The translations under genes were made by a program, and so were the position numbers. A stretch of 64,000 nucleotides of DNA from Tubulanus polymorphus (lineage: Eukaryota; Animalia; Nemertea): positions 12,154,088 to 12,218,087 of the forward strand of contig NC_134031.1 of the NCBI RefSeq assembly GCF_964204645.1, given 5' to 3'. How positions within the stretch are numbered: position 1 is the stretch's first letter; every line of letters begins with the position of its first letter. Below are positions 24,443-36,344 of this stretch, in pieces. The notes under the pieces were generated by a model, which saw only the letters and a program-made list of their open reading frames with translations, made no database searches and was not told where the DNA came from.

Positions 24443-24520
24443 ATGGCAATGAATCCAGACTATCGAACAGTCGCAAACGTACTTTATCACTCAGCCGTTC
24501 TAAGCAGACTGACCTATAGC
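24443..24520 (+). pseudogene. Truncated start of a further viral ORF
   Basis: MAMNPDYRTVANVLYHSAVLSRL follows the same upstream motif, then the sequence switches to unrelated DNA. Confidence 0.4.
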
Positions 24521-25989
24521 GTAATGCAGCGTGAAACCACCTGTTGATGACCTTGCGGTGCATGAGCTAAGTACCTGGTTCTTGGAACAGTATCGGTTGC
24601 TCATCCTCAGAGGCACGTTTTTGACACAATGTGTGCGTTAATAGTAAATAAACAGATCACCCAGCGCTGTTGTTTGTTACATATTCTGTCCTTATGAGAT
24701 ACCGCGCTTTATAAATGCAAATTATCACCATTTTTTATTAATTTCACAAAATAAAGGCATTGGTAAACAAGGTCGAGTGCATCACTATCTTGAGGGAAAC
24801 AAGTTGATGGAAGTGAATGACAAGGATAAGGTCAACTGTGAAATAGATATGTGATCGCTTGGAACGCCCCAACTAAGTAAAGTAACTTAAGTAAAATCGA
24901 GTGGATAAGCCGGGTGTTTTCATCCAATCTATTGACAGGTGCATCAGGCCTAGATGGTACCCTAGTGACCTAGATATATATAGATTTGGCAATTAGGATT
25001 GTATTTGAAATAAATAATGCAGAAATTGTCTCTCCATCTTTTCACAGAGAGAAGCACACAAATTCTCTGCAGTCTCGAAGTACCCAGGGGTCACCCAGAT
25101 GCAACATAACCCCTCCAGTACGATCTCGTTCAAGGTCAAGTATTCTGTTTTTGTACAATATTTCTGTGAACATATCACCAAATAAATTTCTCTTGTCATC
25201 ACATCAATGAAAATAAGTGTAGTTATCTTTTTCAGGTTGGAAATTGGCAGAGGAAAATTATTTCGAAATGTAGCCTTATATTATATTTCAAATTTGGTGA
25301 ATAGTTTTTCTAATTTGAGTGTTTGAATTATACTAAATAATAAGTTAACTGGAGACGCAAGTTTCACAAAAAAAATCTCAGTATTAAACAAAATGGCCAT
25401 TATAACTGAAAGGGTAAAGTGTATTCATTCGGCTGCTAAAAGCCAATTCATGCTGTCAGCTCTCACTATGCTTCAACTTAAAGTTAACAGTAAAAGGATA
25501 CGGAAAACGCAGCACACTGATCACTCCTGGTGGAAGATGGAAAGGACTCTGATTTCCAGGTTTGAACAATGGAGAAGATGGTAACGGACCTGCACGAACA
25601 AGTGGGTCCAATATTACCTGCATTGGCCCTTCAGGTGAAGCTACATAACATCTCATTATCTGAGCCATATACCCTTTTGAACTCCTGCAAAAAGAATAAA
25701 GAGCAATTAGGAAATATAGCTGCACAGCAGTAATAACATGTTTTCTGGTTTAAATTTTGTACTACAAAGTGAACAAAGATTGCGAGGGTACATGAATAAA
25801 GCGCCACCAAGAGGCCGACATTTATACTTGATATGTGGATCCATATGGCTATTATATAGAAAGTATACCAGAGCACCAACTTTGATGATAATGAAGCGCT
25901 TTCACAATTCCCAATAGGCAGTTATATGAAACGAGGCAATTTGTTACTATCGTATCTACATCCCCGCGACCTATGAAGACCCGATCTTT

Positions 25990-27975
25990 GGTATCTAAAA
26001 ATCATTAACGATTAAGATTTTTCAACCTTGACCTTCGACCCTAGAACTCCAAAATCAGTATGGGACACCCTCTCCCCAGGTATAATCATACTACGAAATA
26101 GCAATGTCCTGCTAACAATGGTTCTTCTTGTTGATGTATTAGATGTCAACGGTTACTGTGAGTATTCACTACAACTGGAAGTCGTCATAATGTAGTATTA
26201 CGTGGCATTGTTTGTGAATACAATAGCTATTGATCAAAGAGTTCAATTCTCATCCATGCAAATCAACTGTGTTTTGTTCATCATCTCCCTATTCTGAGGA
26301 GATCATCAACATGGTGGCAGCGGTATGTAAGGACCGCACGGTCTAATTTCACTAATTTGATTGAATGATGAAAGAAGGCTAAAAACATAGACGGGTTACA
26401 AAGTCCAGGTGTGTTTCGCCCACCGCCGCAGCTGAATCTAGCAGACAGCAATGTTGCAGATAATTTAAGAAGATGGAAAGGTAGTGATTATATTGCACTG
26501 TGCCGGACCAAGATTTATGATCAAGTTCAGTGGAACGAAGACAGCAATGATAAAAAGCCGGACAGGATTGAGAAATTGGAGGCATACTGTAACCCCAGAC
26601 AAAACGAAGTCCTTAAAACGCATCGATTATGGAACACTTATTAAATTGAACCATTTGATGCATTCCTCAACGAACTCCGCAAGAGGTCAGAGTTGTGCAA
26701 TCATGGAATGGCAAAAGATCACATGATCCGAGACAAGATCGTGTTTTCTGTCACCAGGAAGGTTCATGCTTTGCTTCTCTGGGAAGATGACCTGAACTTG
26801 GTGAAGAAGATTAAGCTATGCCCTGCATTCGAACAATCGAATCAGCAAGCAGACGAACTCCGAGAAAAGGCGAAAAGGTTTCAAATCCAAGTGCACAAAA
26901 CCCAAGGTCGTAAAAGCAGTTGAAGCTGCGCGTCAGTTTGAGTCAGACAGCGATGAAGCAATCAGCTTGTGATGGAATATGTCCATCAGTCGTCTTCTAT
27001 GTTGTAACTGGAGGGTGCTGCCCTCTCTCTCTTGAAAAATACAGAACAATAGGTGATTGTGTTAATATCTTTTGTCCGCCTTTTTACTGGTTTTTGGGCT
27101 CTCGGAGTCGATATTTGGAGGAAACTTCTACTGTAGAACAGGCAGAATAGGACCTCGTTACAAGTTGGTTAAGGGTGCACAGCCACCGTCTGATCTCATT
27201 AGTGCTCGAATGTTGGTGAATGACTGTGAAGTCAAATTTCACCGACAGTGGCGCCAATGTAAACACGATATGCAAGTGTTACGTCAAAAGAGAGCAGTTG
27301 GCAAACTCATGGGGGGCTAATTTCATCATGTGGAATGGTTCTACGATGACTCCACTTGGTGAAACAAAACTGGTTGTAATAAATCGATGTACCGGGGAGA
27401 CTAGAAACTTTTTTGATTTACGTCAACAACGATTGTCGTCAACAACGATGTCTTGTTTATATACATATATCCTCCAAATAGATGAATAGTTAAAATGATA
27501 AGGTTCAAATATTACACTGATCACAATAATCTTTATATGCATGTGCATCAACATATAAGTTAGTGGTATAGTTAAAGAAAAAAAATAGAAAAAACCAATA
27601 AAAGGAAGGATGTTGATGTTTGACACATAAACGGTTACTGTGAGTATTCAGTACGACTGGAAGTTGTCATGATGTAGTATTACATGACATTGTTTGTGAA
27701 TACAATAGCTATTGAATAAAAGAGTTCAATTCTCATCCATGCAAATCAACTGTGCTTTGTTCGTCATCTCCTGATTCTGAGGACATCGTCAACACTTCTT
27801 GAATCGCATTTACGCGCGAATGACCTCGACTGACCTTGACCTTTGGAACCCAAAATCTATAGGGCACATCCGCTCCCTAGGAGAAATCAAACTATGATAT
27901 AGCAGTGTCCTGCTATGAATGGTTCTTCTTGAATCGCATTCACAAGCAGATCCAAAATTTCCCCGCCGCCTGCTA
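25990..27975. repeat. Helentron/DINE-like repeat with TGACCTT-type units, host of the LTR element
   Basis: Similar units (ACCTTGACCTT...CCAAAATC...TAGCA.TGTCCTGCTA...AATGGTTCTTCT) lie on both sides of the LTR insertion. Confidence 0.6.
26129..27794 (+). mobile_element. Internally deleted Ty3/Gypsy LTR retrotransposon (1.67 kb)
   Basis: LTRs at 26129-26311 and 27611-27794 (TG...CA), PBS TGGTGGCAGCGG, PPT AAAAGGAAGGA and 5-bp TSD CTTCT. Gag remnants (NVADNLRRWK, YCNPRQNE, MIRDKIVF) and a protease remnant (DSGANVNTI) remain. No RT or integrase. Confidence 0.92.
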
Positions 27976-28689
27976 ACAGGACAATAACCATGCCAGTGGC
28001 ATATTGCACATACGTATGTATATACCCGGTTTTGTGATTTGTATAATAAAAGGACTGTCTAACACGTGCAAGATAGCGACGCTGAAATTAGTTAGTTTTT
28101 CAAAATATACGCCATCTATTGGTTTTAAATCTTCGGTGGAGAGTTGAGGTAGTTGAATAACCATAAAAGCGTGAACACGATGAATCTCATTTTCAAATGA
28201 GTAAATAAATTTATTGAATACAAACGTTTTCAGGAACATTTCCCCTCATCAGGTAAAAACAATTGACTACAAATGGATAACATTTACATACCTACAACTT
28301 TGGTAATAACAAACTGTTAGAATTAACTAATTAAACACTGTAGAAATAAACTTGTTCAATAGATTTCACCACTTGACTAATTAAATTTGAAAGTTAAACG
28401 TTAAACGTGAAGTTTGGCTTGAATTCTCCAGAGTGTAGGTCAAACAGTCAAGAGATCAAATGCCCTCCCTTTACCCTCCCAGTGGTGCATGTCTCATTTG
28501 ATCTCTTAATTGGTTCACCTTCACTGCGTAGAATCCAAGCCGAACTTCACCTTCCAGGTAAGGCTCGTTTAACTTTCAAATTTAATTAGTCAAGTGGTGA
28601 AATCTATTGAACGAGTTTATTTCTACAGTGTTTAATTAGCTAATTACCTTGTTTCGGTTCCCAGTTAAGAGATCCAATGATACTTTAAA

Positions 28690-29090
28690 GTGGCGACAAA
28701 ACATGTACTCCTATCAAGAGTAATAAAAAGAGTTACATATATGTATAAGAACATAAACTTTCCCTATTTAACTAAAAACAGAAGTCACCACAACTTTACA
28801 TGTCGAAAATTACAAATGGAGTATGGATTAATACGGATCACTTTAATCTATTTCCCATTCAACTTTTTAATGACTCACTCTGTTCTATTGTTTTTGTTCT
28901 TTTAAATAATATATGATAATATAAGTTTATTTCTTTACTACAGAGATAAATATCTTGTAATATTCTCCTGTTCTCAGTACGCCTGATGATGGCTTATAGG
29001 CTTTAGCCGAAAAGTTGCGCAAATATATTTACTCTTATTCAAGTTTCTCGTTTTTGGCTTTATTTATTGTGGGATTTCTAGCGGTTTTCC
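28690..29090 (+). mobile_element. Penelope-like terminal (pLTR) fragment inserted in the DIRS element
   Basis: AT-rich segment between the DIRS YR and ICR, containing CCTGATGA...GCCGAAA, the hammerhead signature of Penelope pLTRs. Confidence 0.55.
28980..29019 (+). ncRNA. Minimal type-I hammerhead ribozyme (putative)
   Basis: cgc-CUGAUGA-u-GGCU(uauaggcuuu)AGCC-GAAA-ag-UU-gcg. Both core boxes are present, with a 4-bp stem II, a 3-bp stem I and a vestigial stem III. Confidence 0.6.
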
Positions 29091-32039
29091 TTAGATAAAA
29101 CATTTCTATCAAACTCTCCTGAGTTAACCTCAATAGGCTCACAATAGAAACGTGCAAAAGTGGAGGCATTCGACCAGCCTGCAGTCTCCATAATAGAATC
29201 TATTGGGACATCTATGGCCTGAGCTTTGGATGAAGCCGCAGCCCTAATACTATGAGATTTGAATATATCAATATGGACACCAGTTTCTCTTAATCCATCT
29301 ACTTGAAGTATCTTACAACACTAATAAACAAGTTCGTCCTATCTTCCCAAATTTTACTAGTTCTTTTCAAATATTCAGTAATCACAGGACAGATTCTCTC
29401 ATCTCCCTCAAATCCCCTAATTACAGCATCAGAGGGTGTATACCCAGGTCTGGAATGTTTTAGTGGAAATTAATTAATATCAAACGTAAACCTATACTCT
29501 GATTAATCCATCTTCATATTATCAATATCAAGTATACTTAATGTCTGCCTTCTTGCAGCTAAAACTAAGAATTACAGTTTTATTGGTCAACCTTTTCAAG
29601 CTTAGATTTTGAGTATCTGCCAAATCATTACGCAACCAGTCTAACACCTGATTAGCGTCCCATATAGTTTTGTATCTAGGTTGGGATGTTCTGCTATTGT
29701 AAACCCCTTTCTACATGTAATAACGAATGGGTGAGACGCCAGAAACATATTCGAATCACTATTTTTTGCAAAGAACCATTTGAGATACAGCCGTTCGGGC
29801 TGTATTCAGTGCACTATAACTAAGTCCACTATCAAATAATTCAGTCAGAAAATCTAGTGAACTATTTACATGTACAGGCATTGGATCAACCTTCCTTCTA
29901 ATGAAATTGGTTCCATCTTTTGATATACGCGTCATATTGAGTCCGTGCGGATAACTTCCATGATTTCCACATAACTTCGGTAGTTCTCTTCGAAACATTT
30001 GTTGCCAGCATTGCTGTCCGGAAACCCTGCAGGCCAATAGAAAGAGTCTTTTCCTGAGTTGATGTAATTTTTCCTGGTTTGGTAATGTTAAACAAGTTGT
30101 CCGATCTTGGAAGCACTATTGGGATGTCCACTAGAATCTTTAGAAGGCCTGTAAACCAAGCTTGAGTCGTCCAACATAGTATGATAATAATTCTGTTTTG
30201 ACACCTTGCCAGTCAAATCTTTTGAATACATGTTGCTATCAAACTGAAAGGCTCCATGATACATATCTGTCCAATTGTGCATTTTATCTAGAAGCAAATA
30301 CATCTATTTCTGGATACCCTAATCTAAACACAATCTTGTCAAAATTTTGTTCTGTCTAACAACCATTCTACGTCGTCATTAAAGTGCTGACTTTCAAAAT
30401 CAGCTTCAGAATTCTGTGACCCTGGGACATGGGATGCAGATAGCCATATACTCCAATCAATGTACCATCCCATATTTCTTTTGCTAATTTGTTACAACCA
30501 TTTTGTGCCACCCTTATGTTTTATGTAGGCAATCGCAGTTGTAATATCCATACAGAGGTGTATGTGAATGTCACGTTCGGTACTACAAAACGACTTCAGT
30601 GCAAAGTAACCAGCCAATAATTCAAAATAATTTATGGACAGCTCCTTTGAAATTTTCATATCTTTATATCGGTGTCTGAAACTATTATAGAATCATCAAT
30701 GTACCCTTTCTTTCGAAGTCTTGAATAAACAGGCTGAGAAATCTTAGTTTAAATCCTAGGCCCAGAGGCCAAACCATTTGGGATACTTGTATATTGATAA
30801 AGTTTACCCCATATTGAAACCGCAAATAATTTCTATGTTCTGTTGCTATCGGTACACCATAGTAGGCATCCTGCACATCAATGGTCTGCATGATACAACC
30901 AGGTGTCATCATACTTATAGCGGTTTCTAGGGTATCCAACTTAAAATGGTGATATTCGACGTACTCATTTAGTTTCATCAAATTGAGTATGACCCTATAG
31001 GCCCCTGGTTCTTTTTTGGGGTGAATGAATATATTAGACAGAAATACGCTGTCCACATGTTCCAACTGTTTCACAATTCCTTTGCTTTCTAATTTTCGGA
31101 GTTCATTTTTAACGGGATCCTTAAACCTTATCTGATTTGGAACAAACTGCTGCCTAGGTAGTATGCCATCTTTGAATTCTATTGTACAGCCAGAGAAAGC
31201 CTTCAATATATTACGATCTGATACGATTTTGTCCAGTTGGCATTAAACTACTCAAATTCCCTGCCAACTTTTCTGGAGCGGGATATTTTGATGTTAAATG
31301 AGAATAATAGGTCCCAGTACTCACCTCTAAATCTTTCTTTTTGTTTATCTTGTTTTGGTACTGGGTCCTGTTCTGATTCTGGTATGGCCCATTCCACATG
31401 GTACAGGCCTGGTGATTGTTTAAATACTGGTACTGGGAAATTTTTGATTCTTGAGAATTTTCATCAAAATTTTGTTGGTACTTCTATCCTCTGCCGATGT
31501 TGAAGGAATTGGTCGTAGATTTTGCTTTTATTTTTTAATTTTGGACTTGACAACGCCAAGTTGTTATTTACGTCAGTGACATTTTTCATGTAGGGCCTTT
31601 TGCCTTTAGCCTTGCCCTTAGTATCATATTTATCAGAAGTCTTTCTAGTACTAGCAGTTCTAGCACTACTTATAATTCAAACTTTTAGCCGTTGACCTCC
31701 AGTCGTGGGATTTCGCGCTTGAATTATTGATCGTTCCGCTAGACACACTATAGTCTGTGTAACAACTGCCTTTGGCAGCTGCTCTGTTCAATAAAGATTC
31801 TCTAAGGGAGAAGCTCTAGATACAAGAGAAACCTCCTTCGGAGGATCTGCCACATCTTTACACACCATAATTATTCATCATGAAAAATGTCAGAGTCTGC
31901 AAAAACTTATGTTTATTAGGAGTAAAAATATTTAACCAATGTTAAACTGCTAAAATCGGCGTGCAACTGATTGGCACAGGCGCAGTGCATATCTCATTGG
32001 ATTTCTTAACTGGGAACCGAAACGATGTAGAATATTAAT

Positions 32040-33100
32040 TACTTGAACACATTCAAAATAAAAGAGGAACCTGATCAAAGGTGATTTTTGTTCATTTGAT
32101 TTAAAGATGGTTTTTATGCTTTGATGAATAAGGCCTCCCTAATTTTGCAAGGTCGGAATAGCCTTTGTCTAAAGTTTTGAATATATTTTGAATATCTTCT
32201 CACTAAAATTATTATTACATGAGTGAAAAGTAGTGAGGTGTTGTCCAATTGCTGAATCATGTGAATTATTTTCTCTAACTCTGGTTGCCAGGTGCCTTTT
32301 GGTTTTACCAATGTAGTGTTTATATCACATAAACAGAAAAATCTATAAACCATCATGGCTTTCTGAGCTTTAGGAGGTGGACATTTTTGGGAGAAGCAAT
32401 TCTTTAATTTGGTAGGAATTTGGTACAAAGGAGCATTGTAGATCGATTTCGAAATTGGTTATGAAGAGCTGTTTAATTTGGGCGCAAATTGAATGGATGG
32501 GTAGCCGACATACGGTAGAGAAATGAAAAGAGAGACTTTATCCTCCGTGACAGTTTTTTCTTCAGTGACAAACTTAGAATTTAGAAATTTAACATAGTTC
32601 TCAAAGACATATGTGGGATAAGAATTTAGTTCAAACAGTTTCTTAAAGAAAATCGAATTCTTCACAGAGAATACTCCAATTGCTGCAAATGTTGTATACA
32701 CTGAAGAGCATGGTATTAATGAGGCCTATTGTCAACTGACACATAAACGGACACATAGCATTGAAATTTAGAAGTTGCCCCATTGTTTGATGCTCTTCTG
32801 TTAACCCGCAAAATAAAATTGTTACCAATTTCTTAAGGTACTTGAATCGGTGTGAAGAAAAGGTAATAAATTGGGACCAATTTCGAATTGGAGTTCATTG
32901 AGTTCAATTCATAAAAAACATATTATAACTGGTAGTTCTGAAAATACAGAAAATGTCGTCAACATATCTTAGGTATAAATGGGTTTGTGCTTGAACTTGG
33001 ATAGCAAATTGTTCTCAAAATGCGCGACACAGAAATTAGCTAGAGTTGGACCTAATCATAGTTATACCAAATTCTTTGAATTAGCGATTATTGAAAATAA
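32040..33100 (-). mobile_element. Penelope-like element remnant (RT plus GIY-YIG endonuclease)
   Basis: GPTLANFCVAHFENNL...DDIF (RT), ISLPYVG, MVYRFFCLCD (GIY-YIG start) and CKIREALFIK. Confidence 0.8.
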
Positions 33101-34877
33101 TCATTCCTGAGGTTGCAATCTTGAGTAATTCTCTAAATTCTTGCAAAATGATATGTGAACAAAAAATGGTAGCAAGATATTGTAAAAACTAGAATAACGC
33201 CTTGCAGCCTTAAATACCCCCTGCAACACACTCTCCCCTTCTTCGTAAGAATGGTTCATCTTAACAAGAAATTCAAGATGGCTATACTGGTAGCCATATT
33301 TGACGGCTGATGACCTCCATTTTCGTAGGTGGTGAACATCATACCTGCCCCAATCATCACACCAAATTTCATCAATCAAAACAAGTTTCATGAAATCCAT
33401 CAAGGATTGTAGACTGTATTGTGCTAACAAGAATTCAAGATGGCTGATACATTTATTGGAACTTTGATAGTGAGTCCAATTTTCCTGATGATAGTAAAGT
33501 TACATTTCATTTGAACATTCAGGTCAGTATCATCTCTTTATTGTGTCATGTAGCCTTAAAAGCAAGTCATGTACATGCATTTAATTATCTACTACTATGT
33601 CATAACGTACCTGCATTGGCATGGATGATATAGAGGCATATCACTTGATATTAACTTCAGGGCACTTTCCTGAAATACCAAAAGATAGACAGCTAAGAAA
33701 CTAGGTAGTACAATATTTGCTGGCCAATAAGTCAATTTTCTAGCCTCAGGTTTTTTAACCCAAAATATCATGATTAGATTAATGGCCAGATACAATCTGA
33801 CATGAAAAATCACTTCTCGATCTATGTCACTCTAATGCTCCCAAAGATTGTCAAAATCAAGAAGAGTGGTCAATATTTATTTAAGGTCATTATTTATTAC
33901 CAATTACCTATTTTGAACTATTATGTCACTTTCTTTGCTTAATCACGCTTTATGAAATCCATGTATTTTAGGCTAAAAAACTACCATGAAATCCACATAT
34001 TTGAGGCTAAAATCTGGAATCGGCTTATTGGCCAGATAATACGGTATACAGTTCATAAAAAACAGCTATAAAGCAGCAGAATATCTTTTTTATAATATTT
34101 TAAAAATAAAGGGAATTATCATATATAATTGAAGCATTGGTAACTTATACTGTGGTACAGTAGTATTAAGTGGGTAACATTTGAAGGATGTAAGGAAATG
34201 GACAGACAGTGGTTGGCTGTACTACAGAATTTTTGTAATTTGGCTTAATGTATGATTTTCATTCATCAGGCTGAGAGTGAATATAACTTTTTGCTGAATG
34301 ATTTCAATGAGGCTAATTGTATTGAATAAGCGCAGTAATTAAACTTCCGAACTCTCCGAACCTCTGAACCCTCAGCTACCTGGACAATGTGTTATTGGCT
34401 ACTGGCTAAAGATCAAGTGAAAGGAATTTCTTAAACAAGAGGCCCATGGGGAGGTATAAATTAGATCCATTTTCTCTATCTGCGTGAAGTAGTTATGCGA
34501 TTGTGTAATGATGTCTTGCGCGAGTTGTTACTTCGCCCAGAATAAACCTTGGTTTTGCAGTCCGAGTTGAGCTGACTAGTACTTCGCTCAGAATGAACCC
34601 ACGCGAGCTTTGATGAACAGGTGCGCCATCGCGTATTGATGTACTGCGCGATTTCTTGTGATGAACAGATTTGACATTATTCAATCAATTCTGCAACAAA
34701 CTGTTAAAACATCAACAAGGTTCCCGCGGGTCTTGGAAATCTTCAAAAACTTGTGAATTTGAAAAATCATTTTCCCAATTATGAAAATCTTTAATTCTTA
34801 TAGAAATATGATGATGTCTTTGAAAGTCTTGAGTAAGAATTTGTAGTGCGAAACGTTCTGTTTTATCGAAAAGGTCA

Positions 34878-36344
34878 GTGCCGCAGGTTACGAATCCAGT
34901 TGACGATGCTTGCAACCCAACGATACCTGCAGAGCATATGAGCAATAATGAAGGCGTTGAAGCGTGGTTAAACCATTCGGGGTTGAATCCTAGAGCCGTT
35001 GAATTCGACCCTCAGCATATACTACAGCCACCAGTAGACGCGTGGATTGACAATTTAACGTCTGGTCAAGTCACGACAGTACCGGTTGGAGAAACCAATG
35101 TTGTTTCAGTTCTTGCAAAATTGACCGTTGATCGAGACTTGCCATCCGTCGATTTGCCGATATTTGATAAATCACCGTTACAATGGCTCAGGTTCGTAGA
35201 GCAGTTCAACGTTCAGGTTCACACTAGACCTGATTTGACTGACAATAGGAAGATGGATCTCCTGCAATCTCATGTTCGTGGTGAGGCGAAAAGGGTGATA
35301 CAGGATCTAGGGTTTACTGGCCGCAATTATGGTAAGGCGTTGAGTGAGCTCAAATCTATGTTTGGTAAAAAGGTTCTTGTAGCTAGGGCACATTTAAATA
35401 GTGTGACTTCTGGCCCAAATGTTGCATCCGGAAATTCAAATAGTTTGAGAGATTTCTACATAAGCATTAGAGATTGTATAATTGTTCTCGATCAATTGAA
35501 TTATTTATATGAATTATCTAGTGTAGAATTATTGCAAAGAGCAGCAAAACGACTGCCAGTAGATAAACGTTTAAAATGGAACGAATTTGTTAGCAATGTT
35601 GCTCGTAACAGAGAGCCAAATCTATCAGATTTGTGTAGTTGGTTGAAATCTCGTGTGGAGGCCCAATGTGGTCCATATGCTGTAAGTATTCCTGCTAAAG
35701 TTGTACAACAGCCTACTCAAATCCTAACAGCATATTCCGGAAATGGGAAAAAACTAGCTTCTGTTAATATGACTGGAGATAATAGTAAGCATCAAAATTT
35801 GGTTTGCTTGATTTGTTCAGAAAAACATAATGTATCTAGGTGTAAGGAGTTTATCGATAAGACAGTTAAAGATAGGTTTGAGTTTGCTAGGTCTAAAAGA
35901 TTATGTTTTAACTGTCTGTATCCAGGTCATCAAGTTAATACTTGTCCTTCAAATATTTCTTGCAGGGTGTATAAGAAAAGGCATCACACTTGTCTTCATC
36001 GGGTACAGTACCATCCTTCACCAGCTACCTTTATCAAAGGCAAGTTGCAGTCCAAACCTTTTCTGCCCTTAAGAAATCAGGCAAGCTCTGAACAAGGTAC
36101 TGGTGAGCCAGAGAGTAATGAACCGTCCCTAATTAGGGCAGACAATTACAACACGGCTTCAGATGTTTTCCAGTCTGTTTACTTCCAAATTGTACTGGTC
36201 ATAGTCAAAGGTCAAAATGGCTGCTGTATATCGACCTTTGCATTACTTGATAGCGCTAGTGAAATTAGTTTAATTGAGAGTGAATTAGCGGAGGATCTGG
36301 GTTTGAAGGGCGACCAAACTATTACTAACAATGGATACGCGTAA
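34878..36344 (+). pseudogene. BEL/Pao Gag (DUF1759-like, triple Cys/His zinc knuckle) plus start of aspartic protease
   Basis: LPIFDKSPLQW..F..QF; CLICSEKH...C; LCFNCLYPGH...C; HHTCLH; ALLDSASEISLI. Confidence 0.9.

Larger units (their letters stand above)
17150..24520 (+). mobile_element. Endogenous Polinton-like/adintovirus-type (MELD) DNA virus, decayed; boundaries approximate
   Basis: Co-oriented pPolB, major capsid, A32-type ATPase and small ORFs, intronless and tightly packed. Visibly GC-richer than the flanks. Confidence 0.85.
28321..32025 (-). mobile_element. DIRS-type tyrosine-recombinase retrotransposon (decayed)
   Basis: RT at 30685-31206 (SNIFIHPKK..YRVILNL...FKLDTL...DVQDAYY), RNase H/MT remnants at 30100-30650, and YR at ~29100-30037 (ALNTARTAVS; HSIRAAASSKA...AGWSNASTFARFY). 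An internal complementary region at 28495-28680 pairs with both termini. Confidence 0.9.

Noticed and set aside
21974-24490. Minus-strand ORFs of 186 and 228 aa over the viral genes
   Set aside because: They are antisense shadows of the capsid and small ORFs, with no recognisable motifs.
24760-25690. Possible minus-strand exons (e.g. AG/GT-bounded 25618-25684)
   Set aside because: Splice signals are plausible, but one frame has a stop and I cannot recognise the product. It may be a decayed transposon gene and is not supportable as a host gene.
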